Below, piece after piece: positions 1 through 9,924 of a stretch of 64,000 nucleotides of DNA. The position numbers were made by a program, and so were the translations under genes. The notes beneath the pieces are model-generated. The model did no database searches, was not told where the DNA came from, and saw nothing but the letters and a program-made list of their open reading frames with translations. The DNA is from Thermodesulfovibrionales bacterium (GTDB lineage Bacteria; Nitrospirota; Thermodesulfovibrionia; Thermodesulfovibrionales; SM23-35), in NCBI GenBank assembly GCA_963753165.1, contig CAVWBP010000011.1:7860-71859 (forward strand), given 5' to 3'. The first letter of the stretch is position 1. Each line of letters begins with the position of its first letter.

Positions 1-716
1 CTCATAGACCAAAAGGTCTATCTGCTTATCAGTGAGATCAATCTGCCGCTGGAGAGAAGTCTTTTCGTGGTCGGTCTTGGCTGTCTGCAACTGTTTGTTG
101 AGCAAAAGCATCTGTTCAACCAATGAAACCATTCTGTCATGACGGGCTTTGTCAGCCGGATCGGAAAAGTTGATGGAACGGATGGGAAGTTCTCCGAGAA
201 GTTGAGTTCCCTCTGGGTGATTGAATTGCGTAGGGCTATATTGCGTGCAAATATGTCCCGCCATGATTCTATTTCCCTGAGAAATTCGCTATCGACTTCA
301 GCCGTGCCTTTTTTGTGCTTCGTTGTCTCAGCGTATTTATCGAATGATCCCTTCAGCACTGCTTCACGGGAGAATACGAAGGCTATATCGTTCCATCGCC
401 GTATATATTCATCAGGTTTCGTCTCAACAAAAAACTTTCTCGTGCCGCCTATACGAAAACAATAATCAGGAGCTTTTACGGCGCTGCCGATTTTTATGGC
501 GTCTTCGTGAATTACGTCCTTATAAGCCTCGGCATACCCCTGTCTGTTATCGACATCCCATCCAAGGATCCCGAAGAAAGGATCAATAAACTCGCGCCTG
601 AGCTGAGTTTCATTATATTGCCCCGAGCGGTAGGCTTCTTTGTTATCCTCAAAGCGTTTGATTAGCTCAAACATTTCTTCGGGGATCCCTGCTGCTCTTT
701 TTTCACTCATTCCCAT
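1..716 (-). pseudogene. Internally deleted remnant of a type IIG (Eco57I-like) restriction-modification gene
   Basis: N-terminus NETQLRREFIDPFFGILGWDV...PDYCFRIGG...FFVETK is nuclease-like. After ...QRELNF it joins, in another frame, the typical C-terminus (LPIRSINFSDPADKARHDRMVSLVEQML...IDLLVYE), which runs off the window start. No methyltransferase core is present. Confidence 0.75.
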
Positions 717-883
717 CACCTGGATGGTTTCAGTATAAATATATGAAAGAAATCTTTCAATGTTTCGCCCTGTGTCCCGAAGACAAGAGAAACTATGCCT
801 TTGACAATTATTGTAAAAAATAACCAAGTATGCAATCTTATTCCTAAGGGATTCATAAGTTGAGTGACATGGGTTTAAGTAAT

Positions 884-1060
884 ACCCTCAACCCACTCTT
901 AACCTCTCCCGTCCTCCCCTTAAGTGAAGGGGAGGTGAAGGTGGGGTTATGTTCGAAGGGGGATGGTCGGCAGATGGTGACTTATACTAATGGGTTCAAA
1001 ATCGATTCAAGTAACGCCCCCCAACCCCCTCTTAACCTAAGAGGGGGCGAGGGGGAGTTA
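884..1060. repeat. Two REP-like C-run/G-run palindromes
   Basis: CCTCCCCT-TAAGTGA-AGGGGAGG and CCCCCTCTTA-ACC-TAAGAGGGGG; same style recurs near 36250, 36700, 37285 and 52280-52365. Confidence 0.7.
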
Positions 1061-1119
1061 TGCAAATTTGATCGCTCACTAACGCATTGGTTAGTAGCTA
1101 TTATTTTGAGACTGAAACA

Positions 1120-2224
1120 ATGACTATGCGCAGGCTCGGAGTCCATACCTCTATCGCAGGCGGCCTTCACCTTAGCCTGGAGAGGGCCCATGCACTCGGC
1201 TGCACCACGATGCAGATATTCTCCCATAATCCGAGGGGATGGGCAGTGAAGGAGATCGCTGCGGAGTCCGCTGCGCAATTTATATCCCTGAGAGCGCGGT
1301 ATGATATCTCCCCGGTATATATTCATGCCTCGTACCTCATTAACCTCGCAACGCATGAGAGAATACTTCAGGAAAAATCCGTTGGATTGCTGATTGAGGA
1401 AATGAACCGGGCCGATGCAATCGGCGCCGAGTATGTAATTCTCCATGCAGGCAGTTCATCAACTGATGCGGCGCACGTTGCCCGGAAAAGGGCAATCAGG
1501 GCGCTGAACGCAGTCGCGCGGCAGGGGAAGTGGAGGGTCGCTCTCCTCATAGAAAATACTGCGGGGGAGCAAGGGGACATTTCCTCGCTGATGACCGAAC
1601 TCTCCGAAATTATGGAAGGCGTGCAGGGGACGTTGATCGGAGGGGTGTGCATCGATACTGCCCATGCCTTTGCCGCCGGGTACGATATCAGGAGCGCTGA
1701 AGGGGCTGAGATGCTTCAGGATCATTCCCGCAAAGGCCGGGATGGCTACCTCACCTGACTGGTTTTTGGGATTTTTGTTCGGGACAGGCGGATTTGTAGG
1801 CATCTATCTTGGCGCCAGGTTCCAGAAATTCGTGCCCCAAAAGGCCATTAAACTCATGCTCGGAATTATTATTGTCTTACTTGCCCTAAGATATATTTCA
1901 CAGTATTTTCTGAAATAGGTATGCTATAAACCCTTTGGCATGTTTGGTTGTAAAAGGGGGAATCCTTATGAAATTCTCCGGCACCTCGGACGGAACGCGG
2001 TAAAGCTCATTCACCTCAACGATTCGAAAAGGTCTGCAGGGTCGCATGTCGACCGGCATGAACACATCGGTTGCGGGAATATCGGGAGTGCGGGACTGCG
2101 GCAGTTTATCACCCGCGAGCATTTTTCCGGTATTCCTCTCATCCTCGAAACACCGAAGAAAAATGACTCTGACGACATCCGGAATCTCCGCCGGGTGCGG
2201 AAGATGCTCGAAAGAGAACTTTAG
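1120..2224 (+). pseudogene. nfo: Endonuclease IV interrupted by a 247-bp insertion (1723-1969)
   Basis: GVHTSIAGG, IHASYLINLA, LIENTAG, CIDTAHAFAAGYD in 1120-1722. HLNDSK...DRHEHIG...ILETP resumes at 1970. Removing 1723-1969 restores the frame (EMLQD|EILRHLG). Confidence 0.85.
1723..1918 (+). pseudogene. 3' fragment of a TauE/SafE (sulfite exporter) family gene inserted in nfo
   Basis: PDWFLGFLFGTGGFVGIYLGARFQKFVPQKAIKLMLG resembles the C-terminus of TauE/SafE permeases. Confidence 0.65.
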
Positions 2225-2304
2225 TTTACTATTTGAGAACAGCTGTTCTTAATATAGGATCGTTTACAAAAATGCACTATCTGTTCTCAAATGTAATTTT
2301 CTTG

Positions 2305-2333
2305 TTGACAAATAGAATTTTATAGAGTATAAA
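2305..2333 (+). promoter_or_regulatory. sigma70-like promoter, probably giving a leaderless transcript
   Basis: TTGACA (2305-2310), 17-bp spacer, TATAAA (2328-2333); ATG at 2341 with no Shine-Dalgarno. Confidence 0.6.
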
Positions 2334-2340
2334 TGACTAT

Positions 2341-2886
2341 ATGTTAAAAAGTTTATTTTCATCATCTATACGGGCGGATGTTCTCTCACTCCTTCTTAAC
2401 AGCCCTGACGAACAATTCTATATCAGGGAAATTGCCAAGCTTCTCAGAAAGAATCCATCGGGCATCAAACGGGAACTGGACAATCTCGAAAAGATGGAAA
2501 TCGTGACAAGCGAAAGGATCGTGAACCTGAAATATTTTCAGGCAAACACGGAATCGCCACTGTTTTCGGAACTGAAAAACCTCATCACCAAATCCCTCGG
2601 GCTGCCCGGTGCGCTCAAGGCAGTTATCCGTGCCGCAGGGGCAAAAGCTGCCTTCATTTATGGCCAGTACGCTGAGGGAGAGAACGGAAGAGCGGTTGAT
2701 CTTTTTGTCATCGGAGCATCATCATCTCTCACGCGGGAATTAAAAGACCTGGAAAAAAGGTTCGAACAGAAGATCAGCTGCACGATGATAGAGGAAGACG
2801 AGTATAAACAGAAAAAGAAAAAGGGCGACTCAAACTTGAAAAGAATTTTGTCAGGGAAAAGGATCACGCTTATAGGAAGACTCTAA
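2341..2886 (+). CDS. Winged-helix (ArsR-like) protein with degenerate nucleotidyltransferase-like C-domain
   Basis: LFSSSIRADVL...FYIREIAK...GIKRELDNLE HTH; C-terminal AFIYGQYAEG...VDLFVIG. Confidence 0.7.
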   Translation: MLKSLFSSSIRADVLSLLLNSPDEQFYIREIAKLLRKNPSGIKRELDNLEKMEIVTSERIVNLKYFQANTESPLFSELKNLITKSLGLPGALKAVIRAAGAKAAFIYGQYAEGENGRAVDLFVIGASSSLTRELKDLEKRFEQKISCTMIEEDEYKQKKKKGDSNLKRILSGKRITLIGRL

Positions 2887-2945
2887 GCGTTCCGCATTTC
2901 TTTCATTTACCGAGAGATGCGGAGAAGAAAGGGGGTGAACAGAAC

Positions 2946-3008
2946 ATGGCGACCAAGAAACCAGTAGCGAAGAAAAAGACAGCGAAGAAGACCGCAAAGA
3001 AGAAATAA
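2946..3008 (+). CDS. 20-aa lysine-rich microprotein MATKKPVAKKKTAKKTAKKK
   Basis: Translated by hand; strong RBS AAAGGGGGTGA upstream and a terminator downstream. Confidence 0.65.
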   Translation: MATKKPVAKKKTAKKTAKKK

Positions 3009-3039
3009 TTTACCTCACCATGTTGACACAGATATTTAT

Positions 3040-3071
3040 GGCTGGAGAAGATATCCTCCAGCCTTCTTTTT
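3040..3071 (+). terminator. Rho-independent terminator
   Basis: GGCTGGAG / CTCCAGCC stem followed by TTCTTTTT. Confidence 0.75.
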
Positions 3072-3312
3072 GCGGTCTTCTCCTCTATAAAACTCTATTC
3101 CGACGAAAAATTCAAGTAAAATTTACAACTTATTGATAAATAAGGATATTAAATATAGGAAGGTGTCTCAGCCTTGGTCAACTTTATCATAAACGCCCGG
3201 TATCCGGGAGAGGAGGAGGGTTTTTTCAGGAAATTTTCAGGTCTGTGGCATGTTTCGGCCTGTCGGGAAGACTATGGGGATAAATATTGTAACTTATTGA
3301 TAAATAAAGATA

Positions 3313-4191
3313 TTAAATATACGCAGGCGTCTCGACATGGGTTGCTTCTGCCATAAACTCCCAGTTTTCAGGATGGGCGAGGAGTTTTTTCAGGAATTTC
3401 AGATTTGTGGTGTGACCTGACTTGTTGGCAACGATGTGGCCGTAAATAGGGTATCCGAGGAGCGATAAATCACCCATAAGATCAAGGATTTTGTGGCGGA
3501 CAAATTCGTCCTTGAACCTGAGCCCTGAACCGTTCAGAACGCCGCCTTCTCCGAGGATGATTGCATTCTCAAAGGAGCCTCCCCGTGCGAATCCGTTTGC
3601 CTTGAGATATTCGACGTCTTTCAGAAACCCGAAAGTCCGTGCCGGGGCTATCTCGACCGCAAAGTTTTCTTCAGTGAGTTCAATACTCAGGTTCTGTTCA
3701 CCGAGGAGATCGTGATTGAAATGGATACGATAGGTGATATGTCTCCCGTTGTACGGAAGCGCCGCGATTTCGGCCTGACCGTCAGAAAGAAGAATAGGGT
3801 GCAAGATCCTGATGTGAGGCCTCTTCTTGCTCTGTTTCGCGATTCCGCCTTTCAGGATCAGGCTTGTCAATTCCATGGAGCTTCCATCCAGGATGGGGAT
3901 TTCCGAACCATATACTTCAATGATCAGGTTGTCTATACCGAGACCCGCGAGCGTTGCAAGGAGATGTTCTACCGTACGAATTTTGGCTCCGTTGAATCCG
4001 AGAGTAGTCGCAAAGGCGGTATCCGTGACATAACTTGCAGACGCCTTAATCGCAAGGTCCTTATCCTTGCGCATAAATATTATCCCGGTATCCCGGGGGG
4101 CAGGTTTCATGCAGACCCTCGCATTCCGTCCGGTATGAAGCCCTATGCCCTCGAAGCTTACTTGCTGTTTTAATGTCCTCTGTAAACGCAT
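3313..4191 (-). CDS. lpxC: UDP-3-O-acyl-N-acetylglucosamine deacetylase
   Basis: MRLQRTLK...GIGLHTG, TVEHLLA, APARTFGF, EFVRHKILDLMGD, KSGHTTN. Confidence 0.97.
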   Translation of the reverse strand: MRLQRTLKQQVSFEGIGLHTGRNARVCMKPAPRDTGIIFMRKDKDLAIKASASYVTDTAFATTLGFNGAKIRTVEHLLATLAGLGIDNLIIEVYGSEIPILDGSSMELTSLILKGGIAKQSKKRPHIRILHPILLSDGQAEIAALPYNGRHITYRIHFNHDLLGEQNLSIELTEENFAVEIAPARTFGFLKDVEYLKANGFARGGSFENAIILGEGGVLNGSGLRFKDEFVRHKILDLMGDLSLLGYPIYGHIVANKSGHTTNLKFLKKLLAHPENWEFMAEATHVETPAYI

Positions 4192-4252
4192 AACCTCTCT
4201 CTGTCCAGAATTTTTTGTGAGTATGGAAATAGTCTTAAGTCTTAAAGAGGTT

Positions 4253-4268
4253 TGCAAATATAGTGCCA
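4253..4268 (-). promoter_or_regulatory. sigma54 (-24/-12) promoter upstream of lpxC
   Basis: Minus strand TGGCAC-TATAT-TTGCA, matching TGGCAC-N5-TTGCW, about 60 bp upstream of the ATG. Confidence 0.8.
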
Positions 4269-4691
4269 GCGGATTTATTCCTGGTTATGTTTATTTGGAA
4301 ATAGGCATATCCGTGGAGATTGGCTTCACAGTTGACACTGCGGGTTGGGTCCCTGACTGCCCCATATTGATCCGAACTTCTTTCCCCGCCTGCCGTGTTG
4401 TTCCCCGACAATGAGGTGTGTATTATTTGCCACAGTGCTTTGAGGGTTTCGCAAATGTCTGTTCATTGTTTTATGAGATACCGGGGAGCAAATGTCGTTA
4501 CCACTGCAGATTACTTGCGGCAGAATTATTTCTCCCCCTTCTGTTTTCAGGTTAAGTGAGCCTGTCTGCAAGGTTCCACCCTGAAACATAAAGTAAAAAT
4601 TTATGGTTGCTGCGGGATAGGTTTCATCGGTCATATATGGTACAATTTCTCAGAACGACCGAAACGAGTCTTGTATTAAGGAGAGAGATTC

Positions 4692-5474
4692 ATGACAGGG
4701 ATAATCGGCGGGAGTGGATTATATCAGATCAGCGGGATTGATATCAGAAAAAAAATCAGGATGAAAACCCCCTATGGACCTCCTTCAGGTTCCTATCTTA
4801 TTGGAGAGTTTTCCGGGAAGACAATTGTATTTCTCTCCCGGCACGGCGAGAAACATACGGTCCCCCCGCATAAGGTCAATTACAGGGCCAACATCTGGGG
4901 CTTTAAGGAACTTGGAGTGGAGAGGATACTCTCGGTCGGGGCTGTCGGCGGAATCAGTTCCCGGACAACCCCTGGAACTCTCGTCGTTCTGGACCAGATC
5001 ATAGATATGACAAGGGCCAGGGAGTCTACCTTCCATGAAGGGAAGGCGGGTGTCGTGCATATAGATTTCACCGAACCCTACTGTCCGGAATTGCGAAAAA
5101 TCCTTCTTGCCGCGTCCCGGAGATCAGCAGCCGCAATAAAAAAATCCGGGACTTATGTATGCACTGAAGGCCCGAGGCTTGAAACAAAGGCAGAGATCCG
5201 GTTTTTTGCCCGCATCGGCGCTGATGTAGTCGGTATGACCGGAATGCCTGAAGCATCGCTTGCACGGGAAGCAGAGATATGTTATGCAGGCATCGCTGTG
5301 GTGACAAACTCCGCAGCCGGCTTGCAGAAAAGAAAGCTGACGGTGACAGAGGTGATAGAGACGATGCACAAAACGACCGGCAGTTTACAGGCTCTCCTGA
5401 AAGAAGCACTCGTGAAAATACCGCTCCGGAGGGGATGCTCTTGTAAGGATGCGTTAAAAAAGGCAAAAATATAA
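4692..5474 (+). CDS. mtnP: S-methyl-5'-thioadenosine phosphorylase
   Basis: GIIGGSG, RHG...PPHKVNYRANI, EGPRLETKAE, VGMTGMPEA. Confidence 0.9.
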   Translation: MTGIIGGSGLYQISGIDIRKKIRMKTPYGPPSGSYLIGEFSGKTIVFLSRHGEKHTVPPHKVNYRANIWGFKELGVERILSVGAVGGISSRTTPGTLVVLDQIIDMTRARESTFHEGKAGVVHIDFTEPYCPELRKILLAASRRSAAAIKKSGTYVCTEGPRLETKAEIRFFARIGADVVGMTGMPEASLAREAEICYAGIAVVTNSAAGLQKRKLTVTEVIETMHKTTGSLQALLKEALVKIPLRRGCSCKDALKKAKI

Positions 5475-5480
5475 GGCACT

Positions 5481-6845
5481 ATGGAGACCATACTCGTTGT
5501 AGAAGATAAGGAATCAATGGCCGCGATGCTGAAAGAGACCCTCGAGGCTGAAGGATACGGGGTTCTTGTTGCGAGGGACGGACCGGAGGGCATTCGCCTT
5601 CTCCGCGAACACAAGGTGGACCTCGTCCTTACCGACCTGAAACTGCCCAAAAAAAACGGGATAGACGTTCTCAAATTTTCGAAAGAAGAGAACCATATGA
5701 GGCCGGTAGTTATCATGACGGCATTTGGTTCTGTAGAAACCGCTGTCGAGGCGATGAAGGGCGGCGCTTTTGATTTCATCACCAAGCCTTTTGATACCGA
5801 TCATCTTCTCATGCTCATCAGGCGTGCGATCGAAACTCAGAGGATTGTTACCGAGAATATCCTCCTCAAAGAGGAATTTGCCGCTCAACTCGGATTGCCC
5901 CGGATTATAGGGAAGAGTGAGAAAATCACTGCGGTAGCACAGATCATCCAGAAAGTAGCGCCCACAAAAACTACGGTCCTGCTCGTCGGCGAAAGCGGCA
6001 CCGGAAAGGAACTTTTTGCCAGGGCGCTCCATAATCTGAGCAGCAGGCAACAATACCCGTTTGTTCCGATCAACTGTGCCGCAATCCCCCGCGAACTCCT
6101 CGAATCGGAACTTTTCGGGCATGAAAAAGGTGCGTTCACCGGTGCGGAGTCGAAAAAGCTCGGGAAATTCGAACTTGCCGATAAAGGGACCATATTCCTG
6201 GATGAAATCGGGGATATGGATATTGTCCTGCAGTCGAAACTCCTCCGGGTTCTCGAAGACGGTCAGATAGAGCGGGTAGGAGCTGAAAAATCAGTCAAGG
6301 TCGACGTAAGAATAATTGCCGCAAGCAACAAGGATCTTGAAAAAGCGGTCGAGGAAAAGAAGTTCCGTGAAGACCTCTATTACCGTCTAAATGTATTCCC
6401 TGTACGCATACCCCCGCTCCGGGAGCGCAGAGAAGATATCCCGCTGCTCGTTGAATATTTTATAAACAAATATGCCATGGAACTGAAGACACCCTCTGTA
6501 TCCTTCTCTTCGGATGTGCTTGATTCCCTTTGCAATTACTACTGGAAAGGGAATGTCAGGGAACTCGAAAACGCCATAGAGAGGGCGATTATCCTTTCTG
6601 ACGGAGGGACAATTACTCTGGAGCACTTTGCCCTCTCCAAATCCCCTCATGCTGAACCTGCTGATAAATTGCACCCTGCCGACGGCTCTCTGGAGGCTGT
6701 TGCGAAGGGAGCATCGCGGGCGGCGGAAACCGAGAGGATTACGAAAGTGCTGAAAGAGACCCGCGGAAACAAGTCACGGGCGGCAGAGGTTTTGAAAGTA
6801 AGTTACAAGACCCTCCTCACCAAGATCAAGGACTACGGGATATAG
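5481..6845 (+). CDS. sigma54-dependent (NtrC/AtoC-type) response regulator
   Basis: REC domain, GESGTGKE, GAFTGA, FREDLYYRLNV, C-terminal Fis-type HTH. Confidence 0.95.
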   Translation: METILVVEDKESMAAMLKETLEAEGYGVLVARDGPEGIRLLREHKVDLVLTDLKLPKKNGIDVLKFSKEENHMRPVVIMTAFGSVETAVEAMKGGAFDFITKPFDTDHLLMLIRRAIETQRIVTENILLKEEFAAQLGLPRIIGKSEKITAVAQIIQKVAPTKTTVLLVGESGTGKELFARALHNLSSRQQYPFVPINCAAIPRELLESELFGHEKGAFTGAESKKLGKFELADKGTIFLDEIGDMDIVLQSKLLRVLEDGQIERVGAEKSVKVDVRIIAASNKDLEKAVEEKKFREDLYYRLNVFPVRIPPLRERREDIPLLVEYFINKYAMELKTPSVSFSSDVLDSLCNYYWKGNVRELENAIERAIILSDGGTITLEHFALSKSPHAEPADKLHPADGSLEAVAKGASRAAETERITKVLKETRGNKSRAAEVLKVSYKTLLTKIKDYGI

Positions 6846-6938
6846 TCTTGACAGTAAACGAACCGGGGAATTATCATAAATAATCTGTAATACTCAGTCA
6901 TTGCAGATAAATCTGCATTTCTATCCGGAGGGGTCACC

Positions 6939-7694
6939 GTGTCTGGACATTCCAAATGGGCGCAAATCAAGCATAAGAAGGCCAGTACCGATGCAAAGCG
7001 GGGAAAGACATTCACCAAGATTGTCAAGGAGGTTGTGATAGCCGCCAGGCTCGGAGGCGGAGACCCTACAGGCAACCCCCGGCTGAGAGTCGCAATCGAA
7101 AAGGCCAAAGAAGTGAACATGCCCGGCGACAATATCAAAAGGGCGATCATGAAGGGCACCGGTGAACTCCCCGGGGTATCGTACGAGGAAATACTTTATG
7201 AAGGATACGGGCCGGGCGGGGTTGCGATACTGGCAGATGTGCTTACGGATAACAGGAACAGGACAGGCCCGGAGATACGGCATCTTATGGCAAAGCACGG
7301 CGGGAGCCTCGGAGAGGTCGGCTGTGTTTCATGGATGTTCGAAAAGAAGGGGTATATCCTGATCGAAAAGGCAAAGACAGACGAAGACAGTCTCATGTCG
7401 GTGGCGCTTGAAGCCGGGGCTGAGGACATGAAAAACGATCCGAGAGAAGACAATTACGAAATTATCACCGCCCCTGAAACTATGGACCGGGTTAAAGAAT
7501 CGCTTGAGGCATCTGGCATGGTCCCCTCTCTTGCAGAAGTCACCATGCTTCCGAAAACCTATGTAAGTCTCGGTGAGAAACAGACAATACAGATAATGCG
7601 TCTGGTTGAAGCGCTTGAGGACCACGACGATGTTCAGAATGTATATACCAATATCGATGTGTCAGATGAAGCGGTAGCCGAAGTAGAAAAATAA
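6939..7694 (+). CDS. yebC: YebC/PmpR family protein
   Basis: [29 protein letters not shown]. Confidence 0.95.
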   Translation: MSGHSKWAQIKHKKASTDAKRGKTFTKIVKEVVIAARLGGGDPTGNPRLRVAIEKAKEVNMPGDNIKRAIMKGTGELPGVSYEEILYEGYGPGGVAILADVLTDNRNRTGPEIRHLMAKHGGSLGEVGCVSWMFEKKGYILIEKAKTDEDSLMSVALEAGAEDMKNDPREDNYEIITAPETMDRVKESLEASGMVPSLAEVTMLPKTYVSLGEKQTIQIMRLVEALEDHDDVQNVYTNIDVSDEAVAEVEK

Positions 7695-7695
7695 T

Positions 7696-8316
7696 ATGGG
7701 TATCTCTATCCGTGCCACCTTCAAGAGAAGATTTTTTGCAGGGCTCCTGATCTCTATCCCCGCAATAATTACTTTCCTCATCATCGGGTGGTTTTTCCGG
7801 TTTGTCGACGGCCTTCTGGAACCCATGTACTTTAAAATCCTTGGATACCATGTCCCTGGTCTTGGGTTTATTTCAGCGATTGTGCTGGTTTTTATTGTCG
7901 GTATAATCTCGACGAATGTCATTGGCTTAAGAATCATTGTATCTATAGAGAATCTGCTGCTTAAAATACCTCTTTTTAAAGGTATCTATAACTCGGTCAA
8001 ACAGCTCGTTGACGCTTTTTCACCTGAGAGCAAGCTCTCTTCTTTCAAAAAGTTTGTCGTGGTGGAGTATCCGAGACCGGAAGTCTACGCATACGGCTTT
8101 CTTACAAAAGAATGCATTCTGGAAACCCGCAGCGATGAGCCCGGAATGCACCTCAAGGCAGTGTATATCCCGACGAACCTTATTTATTTCGGCGATATAG
8201 CCCTTTTTCGTGATGAACATATTTATTACACCGATATTTCAATAGAGGAGGGTATAAGAATTATCCTTTCAGGCGGTATTGCAACCCCATCAAAGGTGAC
8301 CGGATTAAGAGGATGA
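7696..8316 (+). CDS. DUF502 membrane protein
   Basis: FFAGLL..IP...IT, IPLFKGIYNSVKQL, VVVEYPR, ILSGG. Confidence 0.85.
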   Translation: MGISIRATFKRRFFAGLLISIPAIITFLIIGWFFRFVDGLLEPMYFKILGYHVPGLGFISAIVLVFIVGIISTNVIGLRIIVSIENLLLKIPLFKGIYNSVKQLVDAFSPESKLSSFKKFVVVEYPRPEVYAYGFLTKECILETRSDEPGMHLKAVYIPTNLIYFGDIALFRDEHIYYTDISIEEGIRIILSGGIATPSKVTGLRG

Positions 8317-9734
8317 ATATAGCGGGAGTCATTCTTGCTGCAGGTCTCAGTACGAGGATGAAGTCATCCCTGCCGAAAGTCCTCCACACAATGCACGGCG
8401 CCCCTCTGCTCCGGTATGTAATCAATGCCCTTTCAAAGCTCAAACTGCAAAGACTTGTTCTTGTGGTCGGAAAACATTCTGAAGCAATCAGAGAATCGAT
8501 GCAGAAAAGCGGTAAGATTTCCTTCGCAGAACAGAAGGAACCGAAAGGCACGGGACATGCGGTCCTGCAGGCTGTACCCTCCCTCCTCGGCTTTAAAGGG
8601 TCGGTGCTTATTGTGAACGGTGATTCGCCGCTCGTGACTCCGGAAACCTTAAGGAAATTTCTCAAATACCATGAAAAGAAGAGAAACGATATTTCAGTGC
8701 TGTCATTCACCTCGCAAAATCCGGCTTCATACGGCAGGATCCTCCGCGATGACCGGGGCCGCATTCTGTCAGTGATTGAAGAAAGGGATGCAACCGCTGA
8801 ACAGCAGCTGATCCGGGAAGTCAACAGCGGAGTGTATGCGATAGGGTCTCATGTGCTTCCCTTGCTCAGGGACATACGCCTTAACCCGGACAAGAGGGAA
8901 TATTACCTGACCGACCTTGTGCATATTGCGAGGGAGAAAGGGTTGAAGGAAGATGCCTGTTGCATCGGCAACGAAGAAGAATTTATCGGTGTCAATACGA
9001 GGGAAGAGCTCGACAGGGCAAGGGCATTCATGAAAGACCGGATGATCAGAAGCTTTACGAAAAAGGGCGTGAATTTTGTGGAGGCTGCTTCGGTTTTCCT
9101 CTCTTCAGCTACCGATATCGGAAAAGAGACTACGCTCTATCCGAATGTTCACCTCGAAGGGAAGACACGCATCGGAAGAGGCTGTGTGGTCTACCCAAAC
9201 GTCAGGATACGCAACAGCGTCATAGAGGACGGGGTGGTTATCAAGGATTCGACCCTGATCGAGGATTCCGTGGTGAGAAAACTGGCCTCCGTAGGGCCGT
9301 TTGCCCATATCCGTCCGGGGTCCGTTATCGGAAGGGAAGCAAGAATCGGCAATTTTGTTGAAGTGAAGAAGTCCATCGTCGGTCCGGGAACCAAGGCCTC
9401 CCACCTGACCTATCTCGGTGACGCCCATATCGGCAAGGATGTGAATATCGGCGCCGGAACGATAACCTGCAATTATGACGGAAAGAAGAAGCATACCACG
9501 AAAATTGAAGACCATGTGTTTATCGGCAGCGATTCGCAGCTTGTTGCACCGGTAACAATAGGGAAAAGAGCATATGTGGGTGCAGGCTCTACTATCACCG
9601 AGGACGTTCCTGCTGAGGCGCTGGCCGTCAGCAGAATCAAACAGACTAATATCGAAGGCTGGGCAAGAAAAAAATCGTTAAAAGTGAAGAGTGAAAAGGT
9701 AAGAGTTAAAAAAAGAAAAACTAAATATAAATAA
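8313..9734 (+). CDS. glmU: Bifunctional GlcNAc-1-P uridyltransferase / GlcN-1-P acetyltransferase
   Basis: ILAAG..TRMKS..PKVLH, GTGHAV, EYYLTD, hexapeptide repeats, ITCNYDG. Confidence 0.97.
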   Translation: MNIAGVILAAGLSTRMKSSLPKVLHTMHGAPLLRYVINALSKLKLQRLVLVVGKHSEAIRESMQKSGKISFAEQKEPKGTGHAVLQAVPSLLGFKGSVLIVNGDSPLVTPETLRKFLKYHEKKRNDISVLSFTSQNPASYGRILRDDRGRILSVIEERDATAEQQLIREVNSGVYAIGSHVLPLLRDIRLNPDKREYYLTDLVHIAREKGLKEDACCIGNEEEFIGVNTREELDRARAFMKDRMIRSFTKKGVNFVEAASVFLSSATDIGKETTLYPNVHLEGKTRIGRGCVVYPNVRIRNSVIEDGVVIKDSTLIEDSVVRKLASVGPFAHIRPGSVIGREARIGNFVEVKKSIVGPGTKASHLTYLGDAHIGKDVNIGAGTITCNYDGKKKHTTKIEDHVFIGSDSQLVAPVTIGKRAYVGAGSTITEDVPAEALAVSRIKQTNIEGWARKKSLKVKSEKVRVKKRKTKYK

Positions 9735-9924
9735 ATACAGTTACCGATAAAACTACCGGTAGGATAGCGTTGTCATTCATATCCTGTCATGCCGGCTTGT
9801 CCGGAAGGATTTAATTACAGGGGTAATTTTATGAGAAATATTTATCTGAAAGATATGCCTGGAAAATTTTCACTTTTACTTCCCGACTTTCAACTTTCGA
9901 CTTTCAACTTTTCACTTTATTGAT

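Noticed and set aside
3127..3450. DGR template/variable repeat pair
   Set aside because: Differences are not adenine-specific, include indels, and no reverse transcriptase is present.
9735..9924. glmS ribozyme
   Set aside because: Conserved core not recognised; the spacer consists of heptamer and REP-type repeats.
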